Origin: Bacteroidales bacterium
GTDB lineage: Bacteria; Bacteroidota; Bacteroidia; Bacteroidales; F082
Reading direction: 5' to 3'
Length of the DNA stretch: 64,000 nucleotides
Assembly: GCA_017549805.1 (NCBI GenBank)
Contig: JAFYNJ010000018.1
Span: 12,503 to 76,502 of the forward strand
Numbering within the stretch: position 1 is the stretch's first letter; every line of letters begins with the position of its first letter. A model generated the notes under the pieces. That model did no database searches, was not told the origin of the DNA, and saw only the letters and a list, made by a program, of their open reading frames with translations. The position numbers and the translations under genes were made by a program. Shown here one piece after another: positions 1 through 9,683 of this stretch.

Positions 1-424
1 GTGATGATAACAATTCGTAACTTTGATTCAAATCCAGCAAGTAATTACGATGCTGTTCAACCCCTTTGCAGGATGCAGGGAGCGCATTTTGTTCATTCAA
101 ACGAATCTCAACAAGTCGATATCGATTGGGAATTGCTTTTAGAAAAGCCAGCACCTTTTCCTGAGGTATCGATTCCACCGAAAAAACACCCAACTGTTGC
201 ACGAAAAAAGGCTGGCAAAGATAGTTGATGCCATACTTTTTCTTTCTTGTTATTGGCATAACTATCAAATAGTTGTCATCTTCTACCTCAACTAGTGCTT
301 CCCATCTTGGATGCAACACGTCCAAGTACCATGACCACGCATATACATTGCCGTTGACCGCCCGTGAAATACATTCGTCCCAGCGTTGCTTATCTATTTG
401 ATCGTATGTCAAATACTGGATCAT
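1..424 (-). CDS. Conserved hypothetical protein, N-terminal part only (gene runs off the left edge); possibly GNAT/FemAB-like
   Basis: Hand translation of the minus strand from ATG at 424..422 gives MIQYLTYDQIDKQRWDECISRAVNGNVYAWSWYLDVLHPRWEALVEV..., open to position 1. It is absent from the ORF track because no stop lies in the window. The ATG overlaps the upstream TGA as ATGA (421..424). Confidence 0.6.
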   Translation of the reverse strand, partial: MIQYLTYDQIDKQRWDECISRAVNGNVYAWSWYLDVLHPRWEALVEVEDDNYLIVMPITRKKKYGINYLCQPFFVQQLGVFSVESIPQEKVLAFLKAIPNRYRLVEIRLNEQNALPASCKGVEQHRNYLLDLNQSYELLSS

Positions 425-1713
425 CGGGCACATTCTATGATTTTGCGGTACAACTCAGGCCAACCTTCCCATCTTTTCTCCCCTCCAAGGGTCTCATTAT
501 GGGTCAAATAGATGAAGGTTCCATTAACTTTCTTTACTTCATCTATTACTTTAGATATAGTATTATAAGAATCTGATATATTGAGATTCATATAGTCTTT
601 TAATGTTCCATCCATCACAGCAAAAGGATGCACATTGAGGGAGGTGGCGGCGTCGCTCTCCAAGTCATAGAAATGGAAGGTGTTGGCGGTACCGGCACGG
701 AAGCCCACTTGCGAGGCATAGCCCATCGTATAGTCGTCCTTGATATCCAACTCAATCAACCGTTGATAGGTCCGTGGCAAGGTCATCCGCAAAAAGTGCT
801 GACGACTCTTGGTAACTTCGCGATTGAGCACTGACGACAGGCGCTCCACCTCCATCTGCAGGCGTGCTGGGGATGTGTATGACATAAACGATGGATGGAT
901 GCCCACATCGGCATAGTCGCCGATACGCTTGATCAGCTCCCGGAAAGCGTCTTTGCGAATGGAAATGCTCTTGTCGTTGAGGCCATAATCGCCGCAATGG
1001 ATGAAGTAAATCGGTTTCAGGCGGTATTCCTCCTGCAACTGGAACTGGAAATCGAAGCTGTCGAACGGATCCCTTTCGTGCTTGAACAAAACCCTGTTGC
1101 GATGCCGTATCTCCTGCCATTCTCCATCAATAAGGTCTCTCGCGTATGCCCCAGCCGTGCGGAAAAAGCCTTTGTGCAGATAGGCCCAAGCGGCATCCAC
1201 ATCGTATGTCGGCTGGAACACATATTTCTTCGGTTTCACAACCCCCTCAAGATGAAGCACTTTCGCCAATTCTTGGATCCAGATGTCCACCACAGGCTTC
1301 GAAAGCATGCCCATCTGATAAAGGCAGGAGGATTCCGGCGTGAAACGTCCATATTGGTCGCGGATCTGCGGCAGGTATTCCTCGTATCTGGAAACCAGAT
1401 AAAACGATGCAGCAAACACGTCGAAAGGCACCAGGGAACGCTGGCTATACACCGGAAAGATAGCCTTAATGTCTTGAAAATCAAACGGCTTTAGATCCTG
1501 TTCATAGATATCGTGTTCAAACAGAAGATTCACCGATTTCTGGAAAGGCTCGTCCCACAAGGGATTCGGACCATAGCTCATCTTCAGGCCTTCAAAATCC
1601 CTGAACAAAGCCACGTCGGTGGTCAACTCGAAATCGACACCCAGCCTGGTACCGAAAACAAAGTTGAACGTATAGTGGAGCCGGTTGGTAATCTTTGGAA
1701 CGAGAATCAGCAT
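421..1713 (-). CDS. Polysaccharide deacetylase-like conserved protein
   Basis: 430-aa ORF with no competing ORF of similar length. The central region (QPTYDVDAAWAY...IHPSF) resembles the polysaccharide deacetylase/NodB-like fold. Assignment is by recollection only. Confidence 0.55.
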   Translation of the reverse strand: MLILVPKITNRLHYTFNFVFGTRLGVDFELTTDVALFRDFEGLKMSYGPNPLWDEPFQKSVNLLFEHDIYEQDLKPFDFQDIKAIFPVYSQRSLVPFDVFAASFYLVSRYEEYLPQIRDQYGRFTPESSCLYQMGMLSKPVVDIWIQELAKVLHLEGVVKPKKYVFQPTYDVDAAWAYLHKGFFRTAGAYARDLIDGEWQEIRHRNRVLFKHERDPFDSFDFQFQLQEEYRLKPIYFIHCGDYGLNDKSISIRKDAFRELIKRIGDYADVGIHPSFMSYTSPARLQMEVERLSSVLNREVTKSRQHFLRMTLPRTYQRLIELDIKDDYTMGYASQVGFRAGTANTFHFYDLESDAATSLNVHPFAVMDGTLKDYMNLNISDSYNTISKVIDEVKKVNGTFIYLTHNETLGGEKRWEGWPELYRKIIECAR

Positions 1714-1782
1714 GCCTTTCGAAAATAATGAGCAAACTTACGCAAAAAAAACGGACAAAGTCAAGGAAGCCGGAAAAAAGTG

Positions 1783-1790
1783 TATCTTTG
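1783..1790 (+). promoter_or_regulatory. Bacteroidota -7 promoter box TAtcTTTG upstream of dnaX
   Basis: Exact TAnnTTTG match 26 nt before the ATG at 1816. It argues against the GTG at 1780 used in the ORF track. Confidence 0.5.
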
Positions 1791-1815
1791 TAGGTTGAAT
1801 TTCACTGAAAAAAGC

Positions 1816-3567
1816 ATGGAAAATTTCATTGTATCAGCGAGAAAATACAGGCCCGCCACCTTCGACACCGTTGTCGGTCAGCAGTCGATCACGACCACGC
1901 TGAAGAATGCCATACGGAACAACACACTGGCGCAGGCCTTCCTCTTTTGCGGTCCCAGAGGCGTAGGCAAGACCACCTGTGCGCGTATCATGGCCAAGAC
2001 CATCAACTGTCTCCACCCCACTGAGAACATGGAGGCTTGCAACGAATGCGAGTCGTGCCGCGCCTTCAACAACAACGCCTCGTTTAACATCTATGAGTTG
2101 GACGCCGCTTCAAACAACTCGGTGGAGGACATCCGCAACCTTGTGGAACAGGTGCGCATCCCTCCCCAAATCGGCCAATACAAGGTCTATATCATCGACG
2201 AGGTCCACATGCTCAGCACCGCTGCTTTCAACGCCTTTTTGAAGACCTTGGAGGAACCCCCGGCGTACGCCAAGTTCATCTTGGCCACCACGGAGAAGCA
2301 CAAAATCATCCCGACCATCCTTTCAAGGTGTCAAATATTTGATTTCAAGCGTATTACAATCGACGACATTGAGAAACATTTGGCATACGTGGCCGCCAGC
2401 GAAGGAGTGCATGCCGAACCCGAGGCCTTGAACATCATCGCCCAAAAGGCTGATGGCGCCTTGCGTGACGCCCTGTCGATCTTCGACCAGATGGTGAGCT
2501 TCTCGGGCAAGGAAATCACTTACAAGGCCGTCATCGACAATCTCAACGTGCTCGACTACGACTATTATTTCAGGATTGTTGACGACATTCTACAAGGCAA
2601 TACCAGCGACATCCTGTTGCTGGTCAACGACATCATTAATAAAGGCTTTGAGCCCCAGCATTTCATCACCGGCATGGGCAACCACCTGAGGAGCCTGCTG
2701 GTGAGCAAGGATGCTGCTACGACACAGCTGTTGGAGGTCAGCGACCAGCTCCGCCAACGTTATATAGAGCAATCGTCACGATGCCCCCTGCCCTTCCTGA
2801 TCAAGGCATTGGACATCAACAACCAGTGCGACATCGACTACCGCAGTGCCGGCAACAAACGCCTGCATTTGGAGGTGAATCTGCTGAAGATGATAAATTC
2901 AGAAGCCAGAAGCCAGAAGCCAGAAGTCCTATCAAATACGCCAACGGCAAACCCTACGTTGGGCGGAGGTAATCCGCCACAACCAAAGGAAACAGCACCC
3001 CAACCAACGACTCCCCTGCCAACTACTCCAACGACTCCAACGACTTCTCAGCCACCAACTGCCAACTCCCAACTTCTAACTAAACAACTCCCAACTGAAC
3101 AACCCCCAACTCGGCAACGCCCACGCGGCGGCAGCAGCACCATCTCCATCACCAACAGCATGGAAGAAGCCGCCAAGAAAGAAGTTGAGGAACCCAATTG
3201 GGACTCTCCTTTCACCCAGGAACAACTGGAAGCTTCATGGAACGAATTCGTTGGCAAATACAAGAAAATCTCCCCCAACTTTGCCGCTGGTCTTGGCAAA
3301 TACAAGCCAGAGCTGAAAGGCGAAAAGGAAATCCATTTCCATGTTGACAACAAGCTGTTTGAAAACGACCCCGAAGGCATGACCGCTCTCAAAAGCCATC
3401 TGAAAAACACCTTGCACAACAACCAATACGACTTGATCCCAGAAGTCATGGAAAAGCCCGTCACCATTGAGGCTTACACCGACAAAGAGAAGTTCGAAAA
3501 ACTAGCTCAAGCCCATCCCGAGTTGCGGAAATTGCAGAAGGAGCTAAGGCTGGAAGGGGATCTTTGA
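1816..3567 (+). CDS. dnaX: DNA polymerase III subunit gamma/tau
   Basis: MENFIVSARKYRPATFDTVVGQ, Walker A GPRGVGKTT, zinc module CNECESC, DEVHMLS box. A P/T-rich linker precedes the C-terminal tau-like domain. Confidence 0.95.
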   Translation: MENFIVSARKYRPATFDTVVGQQSITTTLKNAIRNNTLAQAFLFCGPRGVGKTTCARIMAKTINCLHPTENMEACNECESCRAFNNNASFNIYELDAASNNSVEDIRNLVEQVRIPPQIGQYKVYIIDEVHMLSTAAFNAFLKTLEEPPAYAKFILATTEKHKIIPTILSRCQIFDFKRITIDDIEKHLAYVAASEGVHAEPEALNIIAQKADGALRDALSIFDQMVSFSGKEITYKAVIDNLNVLDYDYYFRIVDDILQGNTSDILLLVNDIINKGFEPQHFITGMGNHLRSLLVSKDAATTQLLEVSDQLRQRYIEQSSRCPLPFLIKALDINNQCDIDYRSAGNKRLHLEVNLLKMINSEARSQKPEVLSNTPTANPTLGGGNPPQPKETAPQPTTPLPTTPTTPTTSQPPTANSQLLTKQLPTEQPPTRQRPRGGSSTISITNSMEEAAKKEVEEPNWDSPFTQEQLEASWNEFVGKYKKISPNFAAGLGKYKPELKGEKEIHFHVDNKLFENDPEGMTALKSHLKNTLHNNQYDLIPEVMEKPVTIEAYTDKEKFEKLAQAHPELRKLQKELRLEGDL

Positions 3568-3568
3568 A

Positions 3569-3603
3569 GTTGAGAGTTTAGAGTTGAGAGTTGAGAGTTA
3601 AAT
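3569..3603. repeat. Five tandem heptamers (GTTGAGA GTTTAGA GTTGAGA GTTGAGA GTTAAAT) in the dnaX-peptidase spacer
   Basis: Read directly from the sequence, immediately after the dnaX stop at 3565..3567. Confidence 0.8.
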
Positions 3604-3613
3604 CAAATAAAAT

Positions 3614-5683
3614 ATGAAAAAGAAAAGCATTTTTGCCATGATGATTATTTGCGCTATGGCCACTGCATGCAGTGAGAAGGCAACAGAAAAGGCGCCTGAA
3701 AAAGCACCTGAAAACGAGATCGACAAAGTATTTCCCGCTATCGAGCTGGGCAATATGGACGAAAGCATCAATCCTGCCGATGACTTCTTCCGTTATTGCA
3801 ACAACAACTGGCTGAAAAACAACCCGATTCCCGAAGAATACACTACCTTCGGCGCCTTTACGGAGATCGACCAACGCAACGAAAAGCTGATCCAAAGCAT
3901 CATCGACGAGGTCTCGAATGACACCAACGCCATCCAAGGCAGCATGTCGCAGAAGATCCGCGATTTCTACAATGCGGGCATGGACACCGTCGCCATCAAC
4001 GAGCGCGGCTATAGCGAACTGCTGCCCTATTTCGAAAAAGTGGATTCGCTTAACAACAAGGCCGACCTTGGCGCCCTGTTGGGCGACCTGCACAGCAATG
4101 GCTTCGGCGGTTTCTTCTATGCAGGCGGCAGCCCCGACCCGAAGGACGCCGAGATGGTGATCATGCACCTCTATCAAGGCGGACTGAGCCTTCCCGACCG
4201 TGACGACTACCTGGAGGAATCCTCTCAGGAGATGCGCGACAAATATGTGGAGCATGTCTCCAACATGTTCCAGCTCGTCGGCGTCGATCCTGAGGCCGCC
4301 ACTGAAAAGGCAAAAGCCATCCTCGACTTCGAGACACAGCTTGCCCAGAATTCGATGAGCCGTGTGGAACGCCGCGATCCCGACCGCACCTACAACATGC
4401 GCAGCGTCGTTGAGTTACAGAAATCCACTCCCGACTTCAAATGGAGAGACTATTTCATCCATTCCGGTGCTCCCGCCTTCGGCTTTAGCAGTCTCAACGT
4501 GGGCATGCCCGACTTCATCGCCGCCATGAACGGCATCATCGTCAATGCCGATTTGCAGGTCATCAAGGACTACCTGAAGTGGAAGATCATCCATGGAAGC
4601 GCCTCCATGCTGAGCAGCGACTTCGACACGGAAAACTTCAACTTCTACAGCAAGTATCTCTACGGACAGGAAGTCCAGCAACCCCGTTGGCGCCGCGTGC
4701 TCAACGCCACTTCAGGCTGTCTCGGCGAAGCCATCGGACAGCTCTATGTGGAGAAATACTTCCCAGCCGAAGCCAAGGAAAGGATGGAACACCTTGTTGG
4801 CAACCTGAAACTTGCCTTGGGCGAACGCATCAAGCAATTGGATTGGATGAGCGAGGACACCAAGGTCAAGGCCTTGCACAAGCTCGACTGCATCAATGTG
4901 AAGGTTGGCTATCCCAACAAATGGAGGGACTACAGCAAACTGGAAATCACTCCCGATTCCTATTTCCAGAACTTCCACAACTTCATCAGCTTCGAAAACG
5001 AGTTTGAAATGGCCAAGATCGGCAATCCCGTTGACAAGGACGAGTGGTTTATGACGCCTCAGACCGTCAATGCCTACTACAGCCCTGAGATGAATGAAAT
5101 CGTGTTCCCTGCCGGCATCCTTCAGCCTCCGTTCTTCAACCAGAATGCCGACGATGCCGTCAACTACGGTGGCATTGGCGTGGTGATTGGCCATGAGATG
5201 ACCCACGGCTTCGACGACCAAGGCCGCAAGTATGACGAAAAAGGTAACCTCAACGATTGGTGGTGTGCAGAAGACACCGTCAAGTTCAAGGAACGCACCC
5301 AGCAGCTGGTCAAGCTGTTCAACGAATTCGAGCTTCGCGGTCACCATATCAACGGAGAACTCACCCTTGGCGAGAATATCGCCGACCTCGGCGGCCTGAA
5401 CATCGCTTGGGACGCCTACCAGATGACTGACGAGGCCAAGGCCAACCAGAGCATCGACGGCTTTACCCCTGCTCAGCGCTTCTTCATCAGCTACGGCACC
5501 ATCTGGCGCAACAACATCCGCGACAAGGCCCTCGAGCGCCGCATTAAGGAGGACGTGCACTCGCCGGCGGAAGCCCGTGTCAACCGCACCCTCGGCAGCA
5601 TGCCGCATTTCTATGAGGCCTTCGACATCCAACCGGAAAACAAGATGTATATCGCTCCAGAAGAAAGAGCTTCCATCTGGTAA
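3614..5683 (+). CDS. pepO: M13 family metallopeptidase (endothelin-converting enzyme / PepO-like), lipoprotein-type signal
   Basis: HEMTHGFD zinc motif, ENIADLGG motif, N-terminal MKKKSIFAMMIICAMATAC signal. Confidence 0.9.
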   Translation: MKKKSIFAMMIICAMATACSEKATEKAPEKAPENEIDKVFPAIELGNMDESINPADDFFRYCNNNWLKNNPIPEEYTTFGAFTEIDQRNEKLIQSIIDEVSNDTNAIQGSMSQKIRDFYNAGMDTVAINERGYSELLPYFEKVDSLNNKADLGALLGDLHSNGFGGFFYAGGSPDPKDAEMVIMHLYQGGLSLPDRDDYLEESSQEMRDKYVEHVSNMFQLVGVDPEAATEKAKAILDFETQLAQNSMSRVERRDPDRTYNMRSVVELQKSTPDFKWRDYFIHSGAPAFGFSSLNVGMPDFIAAMNGIIVNADLQVIKDYLKWKIIHGSASMLSSDFDTENFNFYSKYLYGQEVQQPRWRRVLNATSGCLGEAIGQLYVEKYFPAEAKERMEHLVGNLKLALGERIKQLDWMSEDTKVKALHKLDCINVKVGYPNKWRDYSKLEITPDSYFQNFHNFISFENEFEMAKIGNPVDKDEWFMTPQTVNAYYSPEMNEIVFPAGILQPPFFNQNADDAVNYGGIGVVIGHEMTHGFDDQGRKYDEKGNLNDWWCAEDTVKFKERTQQLVKLFNEFELRGHHINGELTLGENIADLGGLNIAWDAYQMTDEAKANQSIDGFTPAQRFFISYGTIWRNNIRDKALERRIKEDVHSPAEARVNRTLGSMPHFYEAFDIQPENKMYIAPEERASIW

Positions 5684-5686
5684 TCC

Positions 5687-6268
5687 ATGGGTTTGAAAAA
5701 ACAAATAGGGAAACTGGGACTTCGTCTTGGCGGCTGGAAAACCGTCAACGAAGTCCCTTCCGATTTGGGCAACGCCGTATGCATCGTAGCGCCCCACACC
5801 GCCATTGAGGACTTCTTTGTCGGCTTGGGTTTCTATTGGTATTATGGCTACGGATTCAAGGTGATGATGAAAAAGGAATTCTTCAAGCCCGTCGTCGGAT
5901 GGATCTTGAAGAAGATGGGCGGCATTCCCGTGAATCGCGGCCACCAGAACCACCTTGTGGAACAAATGATCGACATGTTCAGCCAAAACAAGGATACCCA
6001 TCTCATCATCTGCCCCGAAGGCACCCGAAAAGCCGTCAACCACTGGAAAAAAGGCTTCTATGTCATTGCCCAAGGCTCCCATGTTCCCATTCTCCTCGGT
6101 TTCATCGACTACAAGAAAAAATATTGCGGCGTTGAACGGGTTTTTTATCCCACTGGCGATTATGAGAAAGATCTCGCCGAAATCTGGGACTATTATAAGG
6201 ACGTCAAGGCAAAGCACCCCGAAGGTTTCAACCTCGACGAGCATTACAGGAAAGACCATCTTGCCTGA
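5687..6268 (+). CDS. 1-acyl-sn-glycerol-3-phosphate acyltransferase family protein
   Basis: HX4D motif (HTAIED) and PEGTR motif typical of PlsC-type acyltransferases. Confidence 0.75.
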   Translation: MGLKKQIGKLGLRLGGWKTVNEVPSDLGNAVCIVAPHTAIEDFFVGLGFYWYYGYGFKVMMKKEFFKPVVGWILKKMGGIPVNRGHQNHLVEQMIDMFSQNKDTHLIICPEGTRKAVNHWKKGFYVIAQGSHVPILLGFIDYKKKYCGVERVFYPTGDYEKDLAEIWDYYKDVKAKHPEGFNLDEHYRKDHLA

Positions 6269-6283
6269 TACGTGGTTTTTTTG

Positions 6284-6291
6284 TATTTTTG
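6284..6291 (+). promoter_or_regulatory. -7 promoter box TAttTTTG upstream of C25 peptidase paralog 1
   Basis: Exact TAnnTTTG match 21 nt before the ATG at 6312. Confidence 0.5.
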
Positions 6292-6311
6292 CAGCCCAAA
6301 ATTCATTTTCA

Positions 6312-9300
6312 ATGAAAAAACTGACAACCATTCTCGCTCTGCTATTGATGGCGGCATTTGCACAGGCCCAAGTCATTGAGCAAACATACCATTTCAACCA
6401 ACCTGCCATTTCAACCCAAGACGGTTACCAGCAGATCAACCTCGAAGGCTGTCTGCCCAAAGGTCAAGTAGGCGAGCCTACCCTGCCCTGGCAAAGCGTC
6501 AGTCTGATACTGCCCCAAGGCCAGGAAGCTACTTCCATGACCGTGGAGTTCTTCGATTTTGTGGAGCTGGACGGCACCTACAGGATCTATCCTTACCAAA
6601 AGCCCCGTCCCTACTCCAACGAGAAGACCATTCCGTTTGCCAAGGACGACAACCTTTACCGTTCAAGCGATCCTTATCCGGCACGTAATTACGGTGAAGT
6701 CAGCACCCAGTACCTGAACGGTGTCGCTTTTGCCTTTGGCGGATTCACCCCTGTGCAATACGTGCCTGCCACCGGCAAGATCAGCATTGCACGCACGGTG
6801 AAGGTCAGCATTGAAACCTCGGCAAGTCGCGACGACCACAGCCGCATGCTTTGGCTTACCCCCGAGAACCAGGCTTCCATGGAGCGTCTTGCCCAAAATG
6901 CAACGATGCTGAGCTCCTACAGCAAACGCGGTCGTGAGATTGGCGGTTATGACATGTTGGTAATCACTTCAGAAGAATGGATGCCGCATTTCGGCGAATA
7001 CCTGAACTTTTATAACGGGAAGGGTATCCGTACCCATATCGTGTCGTTGGAAGAGATCTACGCCACCATGGACGGACGCGACGAACAGGAACAAATCCGT
7101 AACTACATCATCCAAGAATACGAGAACAACGGCATCTCAATGGTGAGCCTTGGCGGCGATGTCAGCATCGTGCCTTTCCGTTCCCTTTGGTGCTTTGCCC
7201 AGGAAGGCTATGAAGACCAACTGCCTGCCGACATGTATTATGCCTGCCTCGACGGCACCTTGAACGATGACAACGACGAATTCTGGGGTGAAGTGGGCGA
7301 AGACGACTTGCTGCCAGAGCTCGGTATTGGACGTCTGCCATTCAACAACATGACCCAGTTCGAAACCATCATGCACAAGACGCTCAGCTATCTGCACGAG
7401 CCCGTCTTGGGCGAGTTCACCTCTCCCATCCTCGGCGCCGAGCACCTTGGCGACGGCTATTACGGCAGCGACGACCTGGAGCGACTCATCGGTACCAGCT
7501 CCGATTTCGGTTACACCACCTACGGCTATCCCACCGACTACAATTTCAAGAAGTTTTATGCCGCTCCTGGCAAGCCTTGGAGCGGTGGCGGGTTCAAGCA
7601 AGTCATCGGAACGGGAGGACAGTATGTCCATCATGTGGGCCATGCCAACACCGATGTAGTGGCTGGCTGGGAAGGTTCCATGATGAACGACAACTTCTTC
7701 TCCAGCAACGACGGCATCAACCACAACTTCATGCTATTCCACTCGCATGGCTGCATCTGCGGCAACTTCCCGCACGACTGCATCCTCGAGAAGATGGTCA
7801 CCATCCCCACCGGTTTTGTTGTCACCACAGGCAACTCGCGCTATGGCTGGTATGTGCCGTGGGGTGACGGCATGGCAGCCCACATCCACAGGGAGTTTGT
7901 CGATGCCTACTGCAACGACCTCATCCCCTCCGTGGGCATGGCGTTGAGAGAAGCCAAGATCGCCACGGCGCCATGGGTAACCGTATATGGTGAAGAAGGC
8001 TGTTTGCGTTGGAACATTTATTGCCTCAACGTGTTGGGCGATGCCGCCCTGTATCCTTGGTTCGAAGAGCCCTTCAACCCCAATGTGACCTACGAACAAG
8101 GCTTGATGGCAGGCACCACCTCGACCATTGTCAATGTCAAGCGATATGACGAACCTTTAGGCAACTTCCGTGTCTGTCTATTCGATGGTGAGACCCTTCT
8201 GGCCTCTGCCCTCACCAACAGCAACGGCGAAGCTGTCCTGAACTTTGACCCCGCCCTCGATGTGCTTGGAGAAATGCAACTCATCGTCACCGGACAAAGT
8301 GCCTGGCCACAGGTTTTGGAGGTGAACGGCTTTGAAAGCGGTGAGCCCTACGTCTATGGAGACCTTCTCGACCTTTCAGGAGAAAGCGTAAACGGCAACC
8401 AACTCTTTGTCAGCGGCAACCTATATAACAAAGGCGACGTTACTGCATACAATGTCATACCCAGAGTCACTTCAGATTGCGAATACATCACCGCCTTCGA
8501 AAGCGGCGGCGGTGGTCTAACCATTGAGCCCAATGGCACTAGCTATTTTGATCATATCGGAGCTTTCGAAATCGCCAACAACATCCCCGACCAAACGGTT
8601 TTCACCTTGGATCTTACTGCCTCCATCGGCGATGTCATGCACACCACCAACAAGTCGTTCGTAGCCATGGCTCCCCTGCTCCAGTTCACAGATGTGTTGG
8701 TTGACGACAGCGAAGGCAACGGCAACGGCTTTATCGACCCAGGTGAGCACATCACCCTTCATGTGAGTGGTGCCAATGTCGGTCACGCCATTGCGCCCGG
8801 CACCCAACTTACCGTCAACTGCGACGACGACCGCATCGTATTCGAAGAGAGCACTGTTCAAGTGGGTGACATCAACGCAAGAGGCAACTTTACCGCCAAT
8901 CTCGTCTTCACTTCCGACAACGACATCCAAAGCGGCACCCTCTTCCGTTTCGACATGGAGCTCCAAACCGGCGAATATGCCACTCCTTACCAATACTACT
9001 TCACTGACGGCCAGATTGCAGAAACTTTCGAAAGCAACGACTTCAGTTTCATGGATTGGGAACATGGTGGCGAGCTGCCTTGGTTTATCACCGATGACGA
9101 AGCCCATACAGGCCAATACAGTGCCCGTACGGGAGCCATCGACAACAACGAGTTCTCCCGACTGATCCTCTACGCCGATGTCCTCGCCGACGGTGAAATC
9201 GGCTTCTTCTTCAAGACCTCCACCGAATACCATCACGATTATTTCGCCTTTAATATCGACAACAAGAAGATGGATTGGTGGTCGGGCGAAAACGACTGGA

Positions 9301-9683
9301 CCTACGCCAGCTATCCTGTAACCGCAGGAAGCCACATCTTTGAATGGCTCTATGCCAAAAATCCGAAAAACGTTGCCGGTTCCGACTGTGCATGGATCGA
9401 CGACATTACACTTCCCCGTGCCTGCATTGTCACCCAAGTGGAAGAACTCGTGACACCCAAAACAGTCATGCTTTATCCCAATCCCAGCAACGGCAGCTTC
9501 ACCATCGACCTTGTCGAGGAGAGCAATGTTACCATTTTCAACATGTTGGGACAATGCGTCATGAGTTTGCAACAAGTATCGGGCAGTCAACAGATCCATC
9601 TGGACAATGTCCTGAAGGGCCTGTATCTGGTACAGATCCAAAGCAACTCGGGTGTTGAAACGCTGCGATTAATGCTGGAATAA
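6312..9683 (+). CDS. C25 (gingipain-like) cysteine peptidase family protein with T9SS C-terminal sorting domain, paralog 1
   Basis: Start reset to MKKLTTILALLLMAAFAQAQ (signal peptide). Candidate catalytic His (YVHHVGHANTD) and Cys (FHSHGCICGNF). C-terminal YPNPSNGSFTIDL...VQIQSNSGVETLRLMLE matches a T9SS type A CTD. Confidence 0.85.
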   Translation: MKKLTTILALLLMAAFAQAQVIEQTYHFNQPAISTQDGYQQINLEGCLPKGQVGEPTLPWQSVSLILPQGQEATSMTVEFFDFVELDGTYRIYPYQKPRPYSNEKTIPFAKDDNLYRSSDPYPARNYGEVSTQYLNGVAFAFGGFTPVQYVPATGKISIARTVKVSIETSASRDDHSRMLWLTPENQASMERLAQNATMLSSYSKRGREIGGYDMLVITSEEWMPHFGEYLNFYNGKGIRTHIVSLEEIYATMDGRDEQEQIRNYIIQEYENNGISMVSLGGDVSIVPFRSLWCFAQEGYEDQLPADMYYACLDGTLNDDNDEFWGEVGEDDLLPELGIGRLPFNNMTQFETIMHKTLSYLHEPVLGEFTSPILGAEHLGDGYYGSDDLERLIGTSSDFGYTTYGYPTDYNFKKFYAAPGKPWSGGGFKQVIGTGGQYVHHVGHANTDVVAGWEGSMMNDNFFSSNDGINHNFMLFHSHGCICGNFPHDCILEKMVTIPTGFVVTTGNSRYGWYVPWGDGMAAHIHREFVDAYCNDLIPSVGMALREAKIATAPWVTVYGEEGCLRWNIYCLNVLGDAALYPWFEEPFNPNVTYEQGLMAGTTSTIVNVKRYDEPLGNFRVCLFDGETLLASALTNSNGEAVLNFDPALDVLGEMQLIVTGQSAWPQVLEVNGFESGEPYVYGDLLDLSGESVNGNQLFVSGNLYNKGDVTAYNVIPRVTSDCEYITAFESGGGGLTIEPNGTSYFDHIGAFEIANNIPDQTVFTLDLTASIGDVMHTTNKSFVAMAPLLQFTDVLVDDSEGNGNGFIDPGEHITLHVSGANVGHAIAPGTQLTVNCDDDRIVFEESTVQVGDINARGNFTANLVFTSDNDIQSGTLFRFDMELQTGEYATPYQYYFTDGQIAETFESNDFSFMDWEHGGELPWFITDDEAHTGQYSARTGAIDNNEFSRLILYADVLADGEIGFFFKTSTEYHHDYFAFNIDNKKMDWWSGENDWTYASYPVTAGSHIFEWLYAKNPKNVAGSDCAWIDDITLPRACIVTQVEELVTPKTVMLYPNPSNGSFTIDLVEESNVTIFNMLGQCVMSLQQVSGSQQIHLDNVLKGLYLVQIQSNSGVETLRLMLE

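Noticed and set aside
1-576. Plus-strand ORFs 1..228 and 364..576
   Set aside because: They are antisense to the conserved minus-strand partial gene (1..424) and to the deacetylase-like gene. No promoter box is present and the translations are not protein-like.
1816-3567. Programmed ribosomal frameshift in dnaX
   Set aside because: I saw no A-AAA-AAG-type slippery heptamer within the gene. The only AAAAAAG run lies upstream at about 1774.
6060-6311. 84-codon N-terminal extension of the first C25 protein in the ORF track
   Set aside because: It overlaps the 3' end of the acyltransferase gene. A -7 box at 6284 and a perfect signal peptide start at 6312. The paralog at 13851 begins at the equivalent Met.
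3578-6409. Long minus-strand ORFs (3578..4255, 225 aa; 4712..6409, 565 aa) antisense to the M13 peptidase and acyltransferase genes
   Set aside because: They fully overlap genes with unambiguous catalytic motifs on the plus strand. Their translations are low-complexity (V/G/A/D/L-rich) with no motifs, which is typical of shadow ORFs in GC-rich coding DNA.
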